64,000 nt of DNA from the NCBI GenBank assembly GCA_040954595.2, contig CM082579.2, forward strand, positions 4,763,227 to 4,827,226. The letters are read 5' to 3'. Shown piece by piece: positions 12,901 through 24,375 of this stretch; position 1 is the stretch's first letter; the number at the start of each line of letters is the position of its first letter. Under the pieces are notes generated by a model. That model had not been told where the DNA came from. It saw only the letters and a list, made by a program, of their open reading frames with translations, and ran no database searches. Both the position numbers and the translations under genes were made by a program. This DNA is from Balanoglossus misakiensis. Taxonomy: Eukaryota; Animalia; Hemichordata.

Positions 12901-15043
12901 AGTTGTAACAAACAGTTCCCATTACCTGATAGCAACCACCGTGTCATGTGCCATTGCGCTGATTTTCGTCATTGCATGCATTGTGACAGTGGTCCGGTCA
13001 AATACATGTAGATGGAATCATAGCCGTCGCCGTGTCCCGGGTCCAAAGACAAAAAATAAGGCGGATGATCCAGAAAACAATAATCTGAATTCATCTCATT
13101 CTGATGGAGAAGTTGTTGAAGGTATGTATTGCTTTCAAATAAACTGGTCAAATATTGAGAGTTTGGAGGTTTTTGGAAATAAGTAAATCCATAGAAACCC
13201 AGTTTCTAGTGTTGCCAGTGATGTATAACCTACCCCTGTGCACATGGAACAATTCAGTGTCACTTTTAGGTCTATTGTTGTTTTCATGTGGGAAAAATAT
13301 CAGCTTTGACAATGCCATACACTTAGCAATTTTTTATGATGCAACCTTCAAGTTGGCCAATTGCAGCGTCCAATGTGGACCTACCATAATTCTCAGTAAA
13401 ATCGAAAGATCTGCTAGCTCGCCTTAGTGTTGTTGTTACAACAAGGAGTTATTTAAATTTGTATGTTGATCATTTAGTTTCCAACCGTGGTTATTGTTCA
13501 TAATAATTTCCAGTTGATGTGGAAGATCAAAAAGTGACCTTTAAAAAAGAAAGTGGGAAGACCAGTGAAGGCTTTCCGGGGAATTCAAGAGATAAAGATG
13601 ACAGGTAAGTGAATATTATTTAATATATTTGCAATGTATTGCCGTCATTCTGTTACATTGTCATTTCCCTACACCTCTGCATAAGGTTAGGATTACAAAA
13701 TACGTGCTGCCCCAATAATATTCTCTTTGAATTGGGCATTATTTTTTCATGGAAAAGCCAAATTGTAAAATGCATACATATTACTAACTTACTTAACATA
13801 ATCTGTAATGCTTCAATGATAATTCACAGCTCAATTGAAGATCCAGTTGAGCTTGTACAGGCAGTTGAAGTCAATGGCATGCTCAGCCCAAGACACCAAC
13901 AACAGAAGGGAACCATGGTCGGCTGTTTTCCGAAAGCTAAACCACCCTCCAAGTATGATTCTGCAGAGAAGGAGAGTGATCCGCTACTGTCCAGGAGGAA
14001 TGCAAAGGAAAGTGGGAAGGAAAAGAGGAGACATCGACACGGCAGCAACAACAGCACCGGAAGTCAGATAATGCTCGATGAGGAGGACACTTCCGACATT
14101 GTGATGGACACTGGGAAACGAACGAAGAGACGCCGGCATGGTAGTGAGAACAGTGGTGAAAGTGAGAGAATGCTCGGGCAGGAGGAGGACGTATTCGAAA
14201 GTCATCCGTCAGATGAGAAGACAATGCCAAACAATACATCTTCCAGGAGAATGGCATCGCTGGCAGACACAGCTGTTGACAAGACCACTCTTCGTTGCAA
14301 CTCTGCTTCACGGGAAGATGAGCAGATCAGAGCTAAGCAACAGTCAGAAATGCTCTTGCATGTAAGCTTTATGGTCTATAAAATAATTTAATGATGTCTA
14401 TAAACAATCACAGTTCATGTTTTCAACATCTGATGAAACATAACCATGAATGCCCAGAAGCAAAGCAGGATGACTAAAACTCCTTTCTTTGTGTTGTTCT
14501 TCACAGAAACAGAAAATGGAGAAATTAAGACAGGAAAAGTATGACAAAGCATTGGCGCTGGCTAAAGGTGAGTTTAGTTTTGCATGCAATTCAGAATACA
14601 TCACTTTTTTTCCCAACAAATGTGAGTTTCACCTAAAGATCAGTCACAGGTGTGTTTAAAGTTTCAATATCCATTTTTTGTCAACTTTTCTCTGTTGTCC
14701 ATCACCAGGAAAACAAATCGAAGATCTATTGAATGACAGAGAGAAAACAGACGACATAACGGCGCTTCTGACACCCCCGAAGCATGCAACGAATTCAGTT
14801 GAACCTACCAAATATTACCCTGCCCTCCTTCCACATTCGGGCATCGACCGCAAGTACTGGACCACAATAAATAATGCGAGGGAGATTTTTGACAACATGC
14901 AGAAGACGATGAAGCAAACTCACGACATGGCGAAGATTCTGGAGATGCTTCGGCAGATCGATAGGGGGGATGTTGTCGATGAATTGTGTGCGTGGATTGT
15001 TGAAAAATATGGCAGTTCGTCGACTGCAGAGTCGTCTGTTTGA
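9907..15043 (+). CDS. TNF receptor superfamily member with death domain, EDAR/TROY-like (type I membrane protein)
   Basis: Signal peptide exon MVDFRPVWATYCGTVLALLWSFQ (9907-~9975). Cys-rich TNFR repeats CRKCPKCNRGSQPNQ|DCGNGIGKGTECEDCPEGSYSDEFGYQTCKKC...CGECKSG|FFRDGFGNCENC (exons ~10323-10544, ~11648-11822, 12414-12676). Ser/Thr-rich stalk. TM segment YLIATTVSCAIALIFVIACIVTVV (exon 12879-13121). Cytoplasmic exons ~13514-13604, ~13830-14361, ~14506-14567. Last exon ~14709-15043 has LEMLRQIDRGDVVDELCAWIVE, resembling the end of the EDAR death domain. Splice phases are consistent where checked. Confidence 0.85.
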
Positions 15044-15628
15044 ATGTGTAAAATTGTTCTTTTGCAAATCTGCTATGAAAGTAAGATTTCTTTGTAAAGT
15101 AATCAGAATGCAAAATCGGCTTTTCAGACTTATAAAAAAAAAATTTTCTTGAAATATCCCCAACTTGTTACTACAGTATGTGCAGATTCTATTTAAATTA
15201 CTTGTCCAAAATAGTACATAATGTTAGCCTCAGTCCAGACAGCCTCTTTCCTGGCTGCAAAGGTCAGGAGATATGACTTCCCTTATGGCAGTTCTGTAAA
15301 CTTGCCACTTTGGCCAGATAATTATCCCAGAGTCTAAGTTTGGCTGTTCAAGACATTTGCTAGACAGGAAATTATATTTACCAAGTTATTTACTTAATAC
15401 TGTATTTAATTCCAAGTTATTTATCTGTGTACATATTTTAAAAAGCAACAGAATAATGCAAAACTGTATATTACATGTATTCAGGGTTTATGGAATGGTA
15501 CTTCTTATTGTTTAAATTTACAAGAAATTGTAATATTTACATTGCACTAAAAGGCGGTGTATTGTGGCTCTTTGTCAATAGCGCACATGCATGTACGTGC
15601 ATGTTTAACAGTACATCAACCTGATTAA

Positions 15629-15875
15629 AATCAGATGTAGGGAACGGCGACGTGGTTTTTTTTATGCTGTCGCCTCACACTACATCTGACCAACTCTCAC
15701 TAGAGCTCCCGTTGAAATCGCGCATTCCGACCCGGCCAATCAGATTGCATGTTACGTCGACCGCACTGGAGGAAACAAAAACCCAAGAATTGCTCCAGCT
15801 CCAGTGGGAGTTGGTCAGATGTAGTGTGAGGCGACAGCATAAAAAAAAACACGTCGCCGTTCCCTACATCTGATT
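15629..15875. mobile_element. MITE / non-autonomous DNA transposon with long terminal inverted repeats
   Basis: Left end aatcagatgtagggaacggcgacgtggttttttttatgctgtcgcctcacactacatctgaccaactctcact is nearly the exact reverse complement of the right end (agtgggagttggtcagatgtagtgtgaggcgacagcataaaaaaaaacacgtcgccgttccctacatctgatt). TIRs are about 75 bp around a ~100 bp non-coding core. Confidence 0.8.
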
Positions 15876-17528
15876 GAACAGTACATGTACAATACATTGG
15901 TAGTGTTTATATTATAAGGCCTTTGATCCCATAGGCACTGATTGTGACATAAAGATCACACGTATATATATATAGTTGTTGTATTGTCTAGAAGCGGAAC
16001 AAGCTTTAGATATATCTGCATAAGTCGTGGAAATTTAATTTCAATCGAGACATGCTATTGTTAAATTTAGTAGCAGCAGTCTGATGACTGCTGTAAAAGG
16101 ACGATTTAGGGTGTTACATGTATGTTGAGTGAAATCACTGACATGCAAGTTTTCGTGGAGAAGTGAAAAGTATATACTGCATATTGAGATATTCTTTGTG
16201 TTCCATTTATACAAAAGGGGTAGAATCCTAGGGTGTACGGTATTATCACATTTTTTTGTGTTGATGCGACACATATACAGAGCATGCTTAATGCGTTTTC
16301 AACAAGGATCTAGTACAGGCAGAGTTCAGTGTACTGGTATATTAAACCAGTTCTGTTTTCCATGCAGTACTATTTTGCAAACATGATATTTGTCACTTTG
16401 CTTCTGCTGGGAATGTGGTGTTCAGTCATTCACCTTGTTCGATCAACAGAAAAACATTCCATTTCAATGAAAGACATGTTATATCATATTGTAACATTCC
16501 TTGTAGACTCTCACAGCCCCACTCACCACCTTTGTAAACTTATCCTCCTATTGAATTTGCATCCTCAGTAAGGTGAGTTTCTCAGCTGCCAAGCCAGCAA
16601 AGCCAACTAGCAAAACACCATGCTGGCTTCATGTGTTTGTCTTGCATAAACCGATATATTGACATGAGAGTGCATGAGGTAAGGGCCTCCCAGCTGAACG
16701 TGGGCTGTGAGTGTGTCCTGGTAAACTTCCAAATGAGAACAATGCAATTTTTTCAAAAACTGTTCCTACCTGTGAATTGTGCTGTCGTGCACATCACAGT
16801 GTATCTCGATTGTTTTCAATGAAGTCTGTTTTATTTTCTTGATACATTACAATAATGCCTGTATCTTTTTATTTTCATACTTTTCTATTTTTCTATGAAT
16901 GAGAACAATTGGGATGTCTGACACCTGCAGCTTTAGCTGGGTGTGAACATAAAATAAAAGTTGAGTGTGACTCAAATAAAATTGTGGTACATGTAGTTCT
17001 ATTTACTGTGTTAGTTAAATTGTGGCTATCTTCCTCAAAGTGTCAAGTGTGAGTTCTCCAAACTCTTGCTAATGTATTTCACTTTGTAAGTGCGCCATCT
17101 AACAATAAACGTTGGAAATCTGTCTCCTGATGGCGTTCATAAACAAAAGAAGTGCCCGCTTTGCCCGCTGCAGGTCAAATCTCTATGAGACGAAACTCAA
17201 ATTGTTTTGCATAACAACTCTTTCCCTTACCAATGACAATCAAGGATGATGGATGGATGGACAATTTGACACTGTGCTTTTAGTTTTATTAGTGTAATTT
17301 AACATAATATACATATAGTTAAATATGCTTAAAATTTAAATAACTCGAGATTCGAGACCCGTCCACTGCACACTATTCGTGGTACCTTTGCTGAGAATTC
17401 CGGCGTGGTGACAACTTTAATATTCTGAATCGTTGCCATGTGTATGTAAATGCTGTCAAGTTATACGCCATCTCCTAAAGTTTCAATATTTTCCGGGTCA
17501 AGCCTCGTACACCATCCCAACAATCACA

Positions 17529-20500
17529 TCATATTTCGCCAAGGTCACATTGGACCTCTTTGTCCTCGTTGTTAGGATACAGGTACGACGCCCCGGGTCT
17601 CGCCTCATTCTCCTTGACTGCGGGCATCGGTCGATACCGGGACTCGTATCTGAACTCACGCAGTGCCGGACCCCATCTTGGTGTCGGTCTCATAGAGCGA
17701 ACGAATCTCTGATGATTTGAGAAAGGGGAAGTGCGAGGGGAAAGGAAGTTAGCTCTGTACTCAGCATGTCTTTTTGCGAGTTCTATTAATTATTTGCTAA
17801 CTCATAAATTAAATCACCAATCAACCAATAAAACAACGACCTACCATGATAAAGCTGCCCCTTGTCCGACAGATCATGTAATATGGCGCGTAAATCACTA
17901 TGGCAACGAGGGGAGCAAGTGTTATCAACCATCCTATATCTACGGCCCACGCAGGGTATGTTTGGTTTCCAACTGTTGGCTCCTCGTAGCTGACGCAGTA
18001 CAGGACGATAACGATCTGAAACCATGATAGTTGCATAAATGTTTATTAAATCATCTGTATTAAGGTTATGATAACTTGGTACAATTACGTATCGTGATAA
18101 GGCGGGCCATTAACACGAGCAATATCATGAACGTAAAATAAGAAAAGTATATCATGTCATAAACTTTAATAGCAAGGGTAGGGTTCTTCAGTTGTTTATA
18201 TCCATCCACGTGTCCATCCATTCATTCATCCCCTGAAATCCCACGCACCCGACAACAAACACAGCCTCCCACGCGTCGGTTATCGGAGAGTTCCTAGTTA
18301 TTGGCTATATTGGACAGAACATAGCTTAATTCAACGGAAGCCTTACCGTGAAGATCGCGGGAGCCACTACCATTGGAATCAGTACGAGGATGTATAACGT
18401 GACCAAGAACCAATGCCCATGATCATCAGCAACCAGTAGATGTTTGATGTCCGATTGGAAGCGACGGATTCCTGATATATTAAACAAGAATATACATTGA
18501 TTGCGTTTTGTGTTCTGAAGCACCAAACAAATTACAACAAAAAGTCAACAAACTACTCTAAATATACGGTCTGATTGTGTTTTACTTCTTCGGTTGATCG
18601 AATCGAGGGCAAAAACGCTTATATATGTTTCACAACTCACCGTAGAAGTTGGCCACAGCCAGACTGGCGAACAGAAGGACAAATCCCAACATTACCACCG
18701 AGGAAGTTTCCATCAACACAAGCCAATAGTATCCTGCCTGGAAGAGGGAGGAAAACGTTGCAATAATGTTCGTCAGTCACGTTTGCTCGTGATGGTGGTG
18801 CCGACAGTACAGTGAAGCGGGCAAACCGATCGCTTGGCGTTTCATGAAGATGTTGTACCGATTCGGTTGTTTCTCAAATGATTCGAAATGAAGATGGTTA
18901 CGCTGCATAAGCCATGTTTCTAAGGCTCTAAGGTTTAAACCGCTTGTTGTGAGACTGACTGACCTGCGAGGCGTGAGGAAATGTCAGCAACAAGGCTGCG
19001 GTGCAGAGGATGACTGGCAGTATCCATTGCATCAGGCGTCTCTTCTCTCCCAAGGATCTGAATTCGTCCAGGACCGCGGTGATAATCGTCTCAACATTGA
19101 CAAACTGCATTAAAGATAATTGTCAGACATCACTCTGTACTATTCTAGTTTCACATACTAGTCAATACCAACCCGTTGCTACGGTAATTAACCAACTCTT
19201 GCGAGATCTCGCAATCAGTGGAAATCATATATTCAATATACATGTACATTATTCATTTTTCTTTTGGAAAAACAGTTGTACTCAACACTTTACAGTTCAT
19301 TTTTGCGAGATACTATACTTTTATCGGAAGTCCCTGGCAAAGCGAATGACAGTATTATGAATGCCTATGAATTCTTACCAAAGAGTCAATGCTCAGTGCA
19401 ATTATCGCCAGGAAGAATAGAACGGCCCACGCCGGCGAGGTCGGCAGTCGCGAGAAGGCGTCTGGCATCACGGCGAATGCAAGGTCCGACCCGCCGTCAA
19501 CGATGTCGGCAACCGTTACCCCAAGTTCGTGTGCTAAATTGCCGATGTAGCTAAACACGACGCATCCAGCGACAAGGCTTGTCACGCAGCTCGCAAGAGT
19601 GATGATAATGGAATCCCTAGGTTAAGCGTTGAGGAAGAAAATAGTATGTGTCATAAAAATCGGAACTACATATATTCAGTCGAATGATCATTGTTCCCGT
19701 GGCCGTGCGTTCGTTTTCCGCGACGGGCACGGTACAGTACAGAGACAAGAACCTACCATAGTCAGCGAACAACCGGAACGCTTTGGCAAATCATACAGTC
19801 GTAATCGTGTTGAGCAATAATGTGACTTCAGACTTCCTGGCCAGAAAGTTTTCGGTCATCCACAAAGAAGCGCGTAGGTAAAACACAACTTTTTTTGAGA
19901 AAATCCGGTCCTTTTGACATTGACAACTACTACTTTGTAATGATATGCTTGTTTCTTACTGAAATATGTGATGATGGAACTTGTTATAGCTTGCCAACGT
20001 GTAAAGACCTCCTGCCGCCAGATTCAGGGAATAAATGACGTGACGAGTTGCATCTCCCCATACCTTGATTGAACGACACAAACTTTTAAAATTAATATTT
20101 AAAATATCTTCTGTGCGCTGGGTATAGTATTTTTAATAGGTACATGACAGATAGACGGTATAAACTAAAGACGCACCTCTGGTTGCTCCAGCTTGTGAAA
20201 TTCAGCTTTTCCTAAATAGTATTCGAGTCCGTCTCTGGCCCCCTGCAGAACAGAGCCTCGTAGGAGAAGGACGGTGAGGGCGACGCAAGGAAGGGTCGTT
20301 GTGAAGTACGCCACCTGCAGGACACAAAATGCAGGTTGAGTCAAGAAATCCAGCTGCGTACAGTCACAACCAATGATATCACAGGAGATGAAATGGGGAA
20401 AAATAATTAAGTTTGGCCCACCTTGCCTATCGACTTGATGCCGCGGATTATGCAGAGATAGACGAGAATCCAGACGAAGAATAGGGACAGAGCCAGCCGC

Positions 20501-21948
20501 CATCCAATGTATCCATCGTCGTCGATGCCGGACGATAAATCCAGAATGAAATTTCTGGGGAGAATGGTCAGTGATGTTAGGACAAACATGAAAGCATTAA
20601 GAACTCAACGTGGCAGATGTCCACTGGCAGTTTTCTTAGGTTTTGAAGTTGGGCCCTAGCTTATAGCTTGGTTTTATAGTATCTGTATTTAAAACGCAGC
20701 AAAAAAGCACTGTGTAATGCATGAAATAACCTAGTGAACCTCGCCAGCGGGAAATATAAGAATTTATTTACTTGAAGTACTCCTCGCTGGCACTGGTCGT
20801 GCCGTTTGGCGCCGGTATCCATCTTTCAGCTATTTGGCCAGCGGTTGCGTTGAGGTCCCTGTGGTCGAAACACTGCTCGGTGTTCCACTCGTGCCCGCAG
20901 CCAACCCACGGCAAGCCCGGCAAATCCGTGAAAGAGGCTACGAAATAGAGAACGGCGTAGCACAGAGACAGGCTTTGGTAGATCGTCATTATGGCGCTGG
21001 TTATTATCATGGCCCATCCGATACCTGTGTAGGCGGAACACATGAAAATTATCTTCGAGAATTAAACACGTATAAAATCGAAAAAATCTTCACGTTATTT
21101 AAAACTAAAACAGAGACAAGCAGGAAGACAGCCATGTCAAACAGAGAGACAGACAGACAGACATATATGACTTTCTCACCCGTAAACATCGGCACGCATC
21201 TCCAGACGCCGATACAGCCAAGGCTTGTGAACTGCCCAATGGCAAACTCCATAAAAAGTATAGGTAAACCAACGGTGAACATTGCCACAAAATACGGGAT
21301 TAAAAATGCAGCTGAAAAACAAAAGACCGTGACGTGAACGTTAGTCATTATTTACCGTGATAAATATGCATAAATGTGTTTGTAATAGTATATAGCCTAC
21401 GACAATGGTATTTTTATTGAAAGAAAAATAACTAAGGTAAGGAATAAAGTCTCTATCCTAGACATACCTCCTCCGTGTTTGGCGCATAAATAAGGAAACT
21501 TTAACAAGTTTTCTGTGCCGACCACGTATCCAAGAGATGCCAACAGAAATTCAATTCTGTTCGGCCAGTTCCCGCGTACCGGGTTCTCCGAGTCGTCCGT
21601 AGTTTTGTCTGTCGGGTATACAGTTTCTTTTGACGTCGACGTTTCGTGATCTGTTCTGAGTACTTCGGGATTTGTGTGGACACCATTCTGGTAAAAAGAA
21701 AGTGATCCCGTAAAAATCAGCCAGGAACTCGTAGGAGTTTGATATAAAAACACGTTCAAGTCTTTGAGTGTATTAGCAAATGACAGATTTCATATGCCAC
21801 GTCATATAGCAACTGCAATCTGCAGCTGATTTGTGTGTCCGTGTGAAAACATCATTGTCAGAGGCTCGTACGAACATGTAACGGACAACATGAATGCATT
21901 GTCACTTATATTTCGTGAAGCCAAGGGGCACCTTACCTTTGTCGACAT
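17529..21948 (-). CDS. SLC6 (sodium:neurotransmitter symporter family) transporter, divergent paralogue
   Basis: Exons encode [188 protein letters not shown]. Last exon ends ...DKEVQCDLGEI with stop at 17531-17529. The start (MSTK mini-exon, ATG 21948) is inferred. Confidence 0.88.
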
Positions 21949-22390
21949 AGCGAAGTTGAAGTAGGGCCACCAACGCCTCAGTGATTTTTAAGTGAGTCGG
22001 GCTGGCAGTCAATTTTCTTCCAGGAATTACCTCATTCGGGCGGAATACAGATATGTTGTTCGGGGTCGATATTGTGACATGCAATGACTCGAGCAAGAGA
22101 ACCTTCAAAGCTAGGTGTGGCGTATACGCGTGCACGCAACTGCCGTGGCACAGGACGCGATAAGAATGTGAATGGCCAGGAACGTTACGTCAATTTACAT
22201 CGGGTACAAAACCACGGTTGTAATGATCGCTTTATCAATAATTTCAATTCAGGAAACATTTTGAATGGAATTATTTTTATGTGTCCATTCAAAATTCTTC
22301 CATTGTGTGGTTGAAAGTCATGCCCTCACACGTTGTCAAAGTCACGCAGGTATGCATGTATACTAGTACGTACATCACCTATCCCGCATT

Positions 22391-22391
22391 G

Positions 22392-22423
<32 letters not shown>
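22391..22423. repeat. Poly-C plus (CT)n microsatellite
   Basis: gcccccccccccctctctctctctctctctctc. Confidence 0.8.
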
Positions 22424-24375
22424 GTGAGTGTTTCCGGAGAGTGTTTACTAGTAAGTGCTTGCTACATGGCCAATCCGTGCGAACATTCCACAGGTCTTTA
22501 GATAAGGAACTTTCTTTCCTCATTCCAAAACGTACCAAACTCGTGTTTATATAATATACAAATGTAACACCCCCCGTCGACGCCATTCAATTATATATGT
22601 GGCACAATTCCAGCGGCTCGTTCATATATGTCGCGTTGCTTAAATAAATTCTTGTTTGCACAGCGTTCACTTTCAGATTGAAGAGAGACTGAACGTTCCT
22701 CCTCGCCCCTTCTTTCATATGTAAATACACAGTCATTTCAAGTCTCACTCGACGTGTCCTGAATAGACCGCAGCTGTGTGCGTCACAATTTCACCAGCGG
22801 CCCACTGACCTGAGAAGGTGAAGCCGTGGACTGAACACCAGCACACGCACGATTTTTAAGGTTCCAGAACTCTGATCCAAATAATTAGCTGAAGACAACA
22901 TTGCATCAACAGACACAAAGTGACAAAATGTCTAAGGTAGGTTTCATTCCCACCGAATGGTGGGTTGCACGACGGGCTTTATCAAGTCCTATGAACATCT
23001 CAAGCATGTCTGCGTAGGCCGTCCCTAAAAGCACGCTCAGGTGTGGAGTGACCGTTCTAGCAAAATACTTGTTGGAGCTGCACGGCAAGAGAGTACATGT
23101 TCTTGTAGCGAATTCAGCGTTGCTTCAATTACTCCTGTTTACCCGTGCCGTTTGCAATAAGATGGTTGTCGTGATCTCCTTGTGGTCTCCATCTAGTTTG
23201 TAATCCACTACAAATAAATTGCTGCTAAAAATTGATTTAACCGATGCTATGTCAACCACGGCCTTCGAAGGCGAAGACATACAAAATACAATACAATGGG
23301 CGTTGCGCACACAATAGAATTAGGACACCCTGCATTCCCAAGCTAAAGAGATCATTCAAGAGAAGAAAGCGCGTCTGTGTGTTGCATGGACTAGAAATAT
23401 TCTGGAAGTAAGCGAGCGAATTGCAGTGTGATGGCAAACATGTTGATCTGTTGTTTTTTTTTCATGGCATTTCAAAAGTGAAAGGATCAGATTTCTTATC
23501 AGAAGTTCCCCTACCACTTTCCTGGAAGACATAAACTCACGATAGTTTGTTGCAAGCAGCACAGACAATATATGAGAAGTAGCTCTTATTTATTTGGCGA
23601 AATGACGAAGGCGCATAAAATGTCGTTAACTTCACACTCCACCAGGTCCCAGGGGCAGGTCGCTGTTGAATTTTTCTAATCCTTCCTCCCTCCGCAAGAG
23701 CCAAGCTGGAAGGACACATGCAATGATCAATTCATACGTTCACTCAAGGATCTTTCCGACTGCTTTCCTTGTCTTAGTACCCTCCCCCCACCGGCCCCTC
23801 CCGGCACCAGGAAGAATGATGACGTCATAGTAGATGCCCATTCTTGTTCACTCAGGGCTACGCGTTCAGTTTCTTTATTCTGGGCGATTGCCATGGTCTC
23901 AAAGGACCACCCGCGCGATGGTCACCCTGAGATGAGATCTAGGTTGATGATAAAAATAGACAGGGAGACAATGGCCTTTATTGAGTATGCATGGCATGAA
24001 ATTCAGGCCAAGCCTTAAAGTAACCAATTGGGTTCGCATAGGTACAGGCCTACTTACATGCAATTCAAAACTTACCCCTTACAAACAATCTAACCTACTT
24101 TCGATGATCTTAAGGATGTACGTGCAGAACGTAAACTCGTAAACTGCGCAAATGTATACGCACAAATTTCTCTTTTCCCATAGGATTACATTGAGAGTAG
24201 CTGGAAAACCAACTTCTAATATTGTCATTTCCACATTCAAATTTTAAACATAGCTCAGTCAAATAAAATAAATTTATCGGTCAAATAAATCGTATGGTCA
24301 CCGCGCTAACTTCGTTAAATGTTTTTCACATAGACAAACCATTGGTGAAAAATGCTGTGTTGTTTTCATTTTCAG

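Noticed and set aside
17529-21948. Calling the divergent SLC6 copy a pseudogene
   Set aside because: The exons read are open with canonical splice sites and consistent phases, and I saw no frameshift or premature stop.
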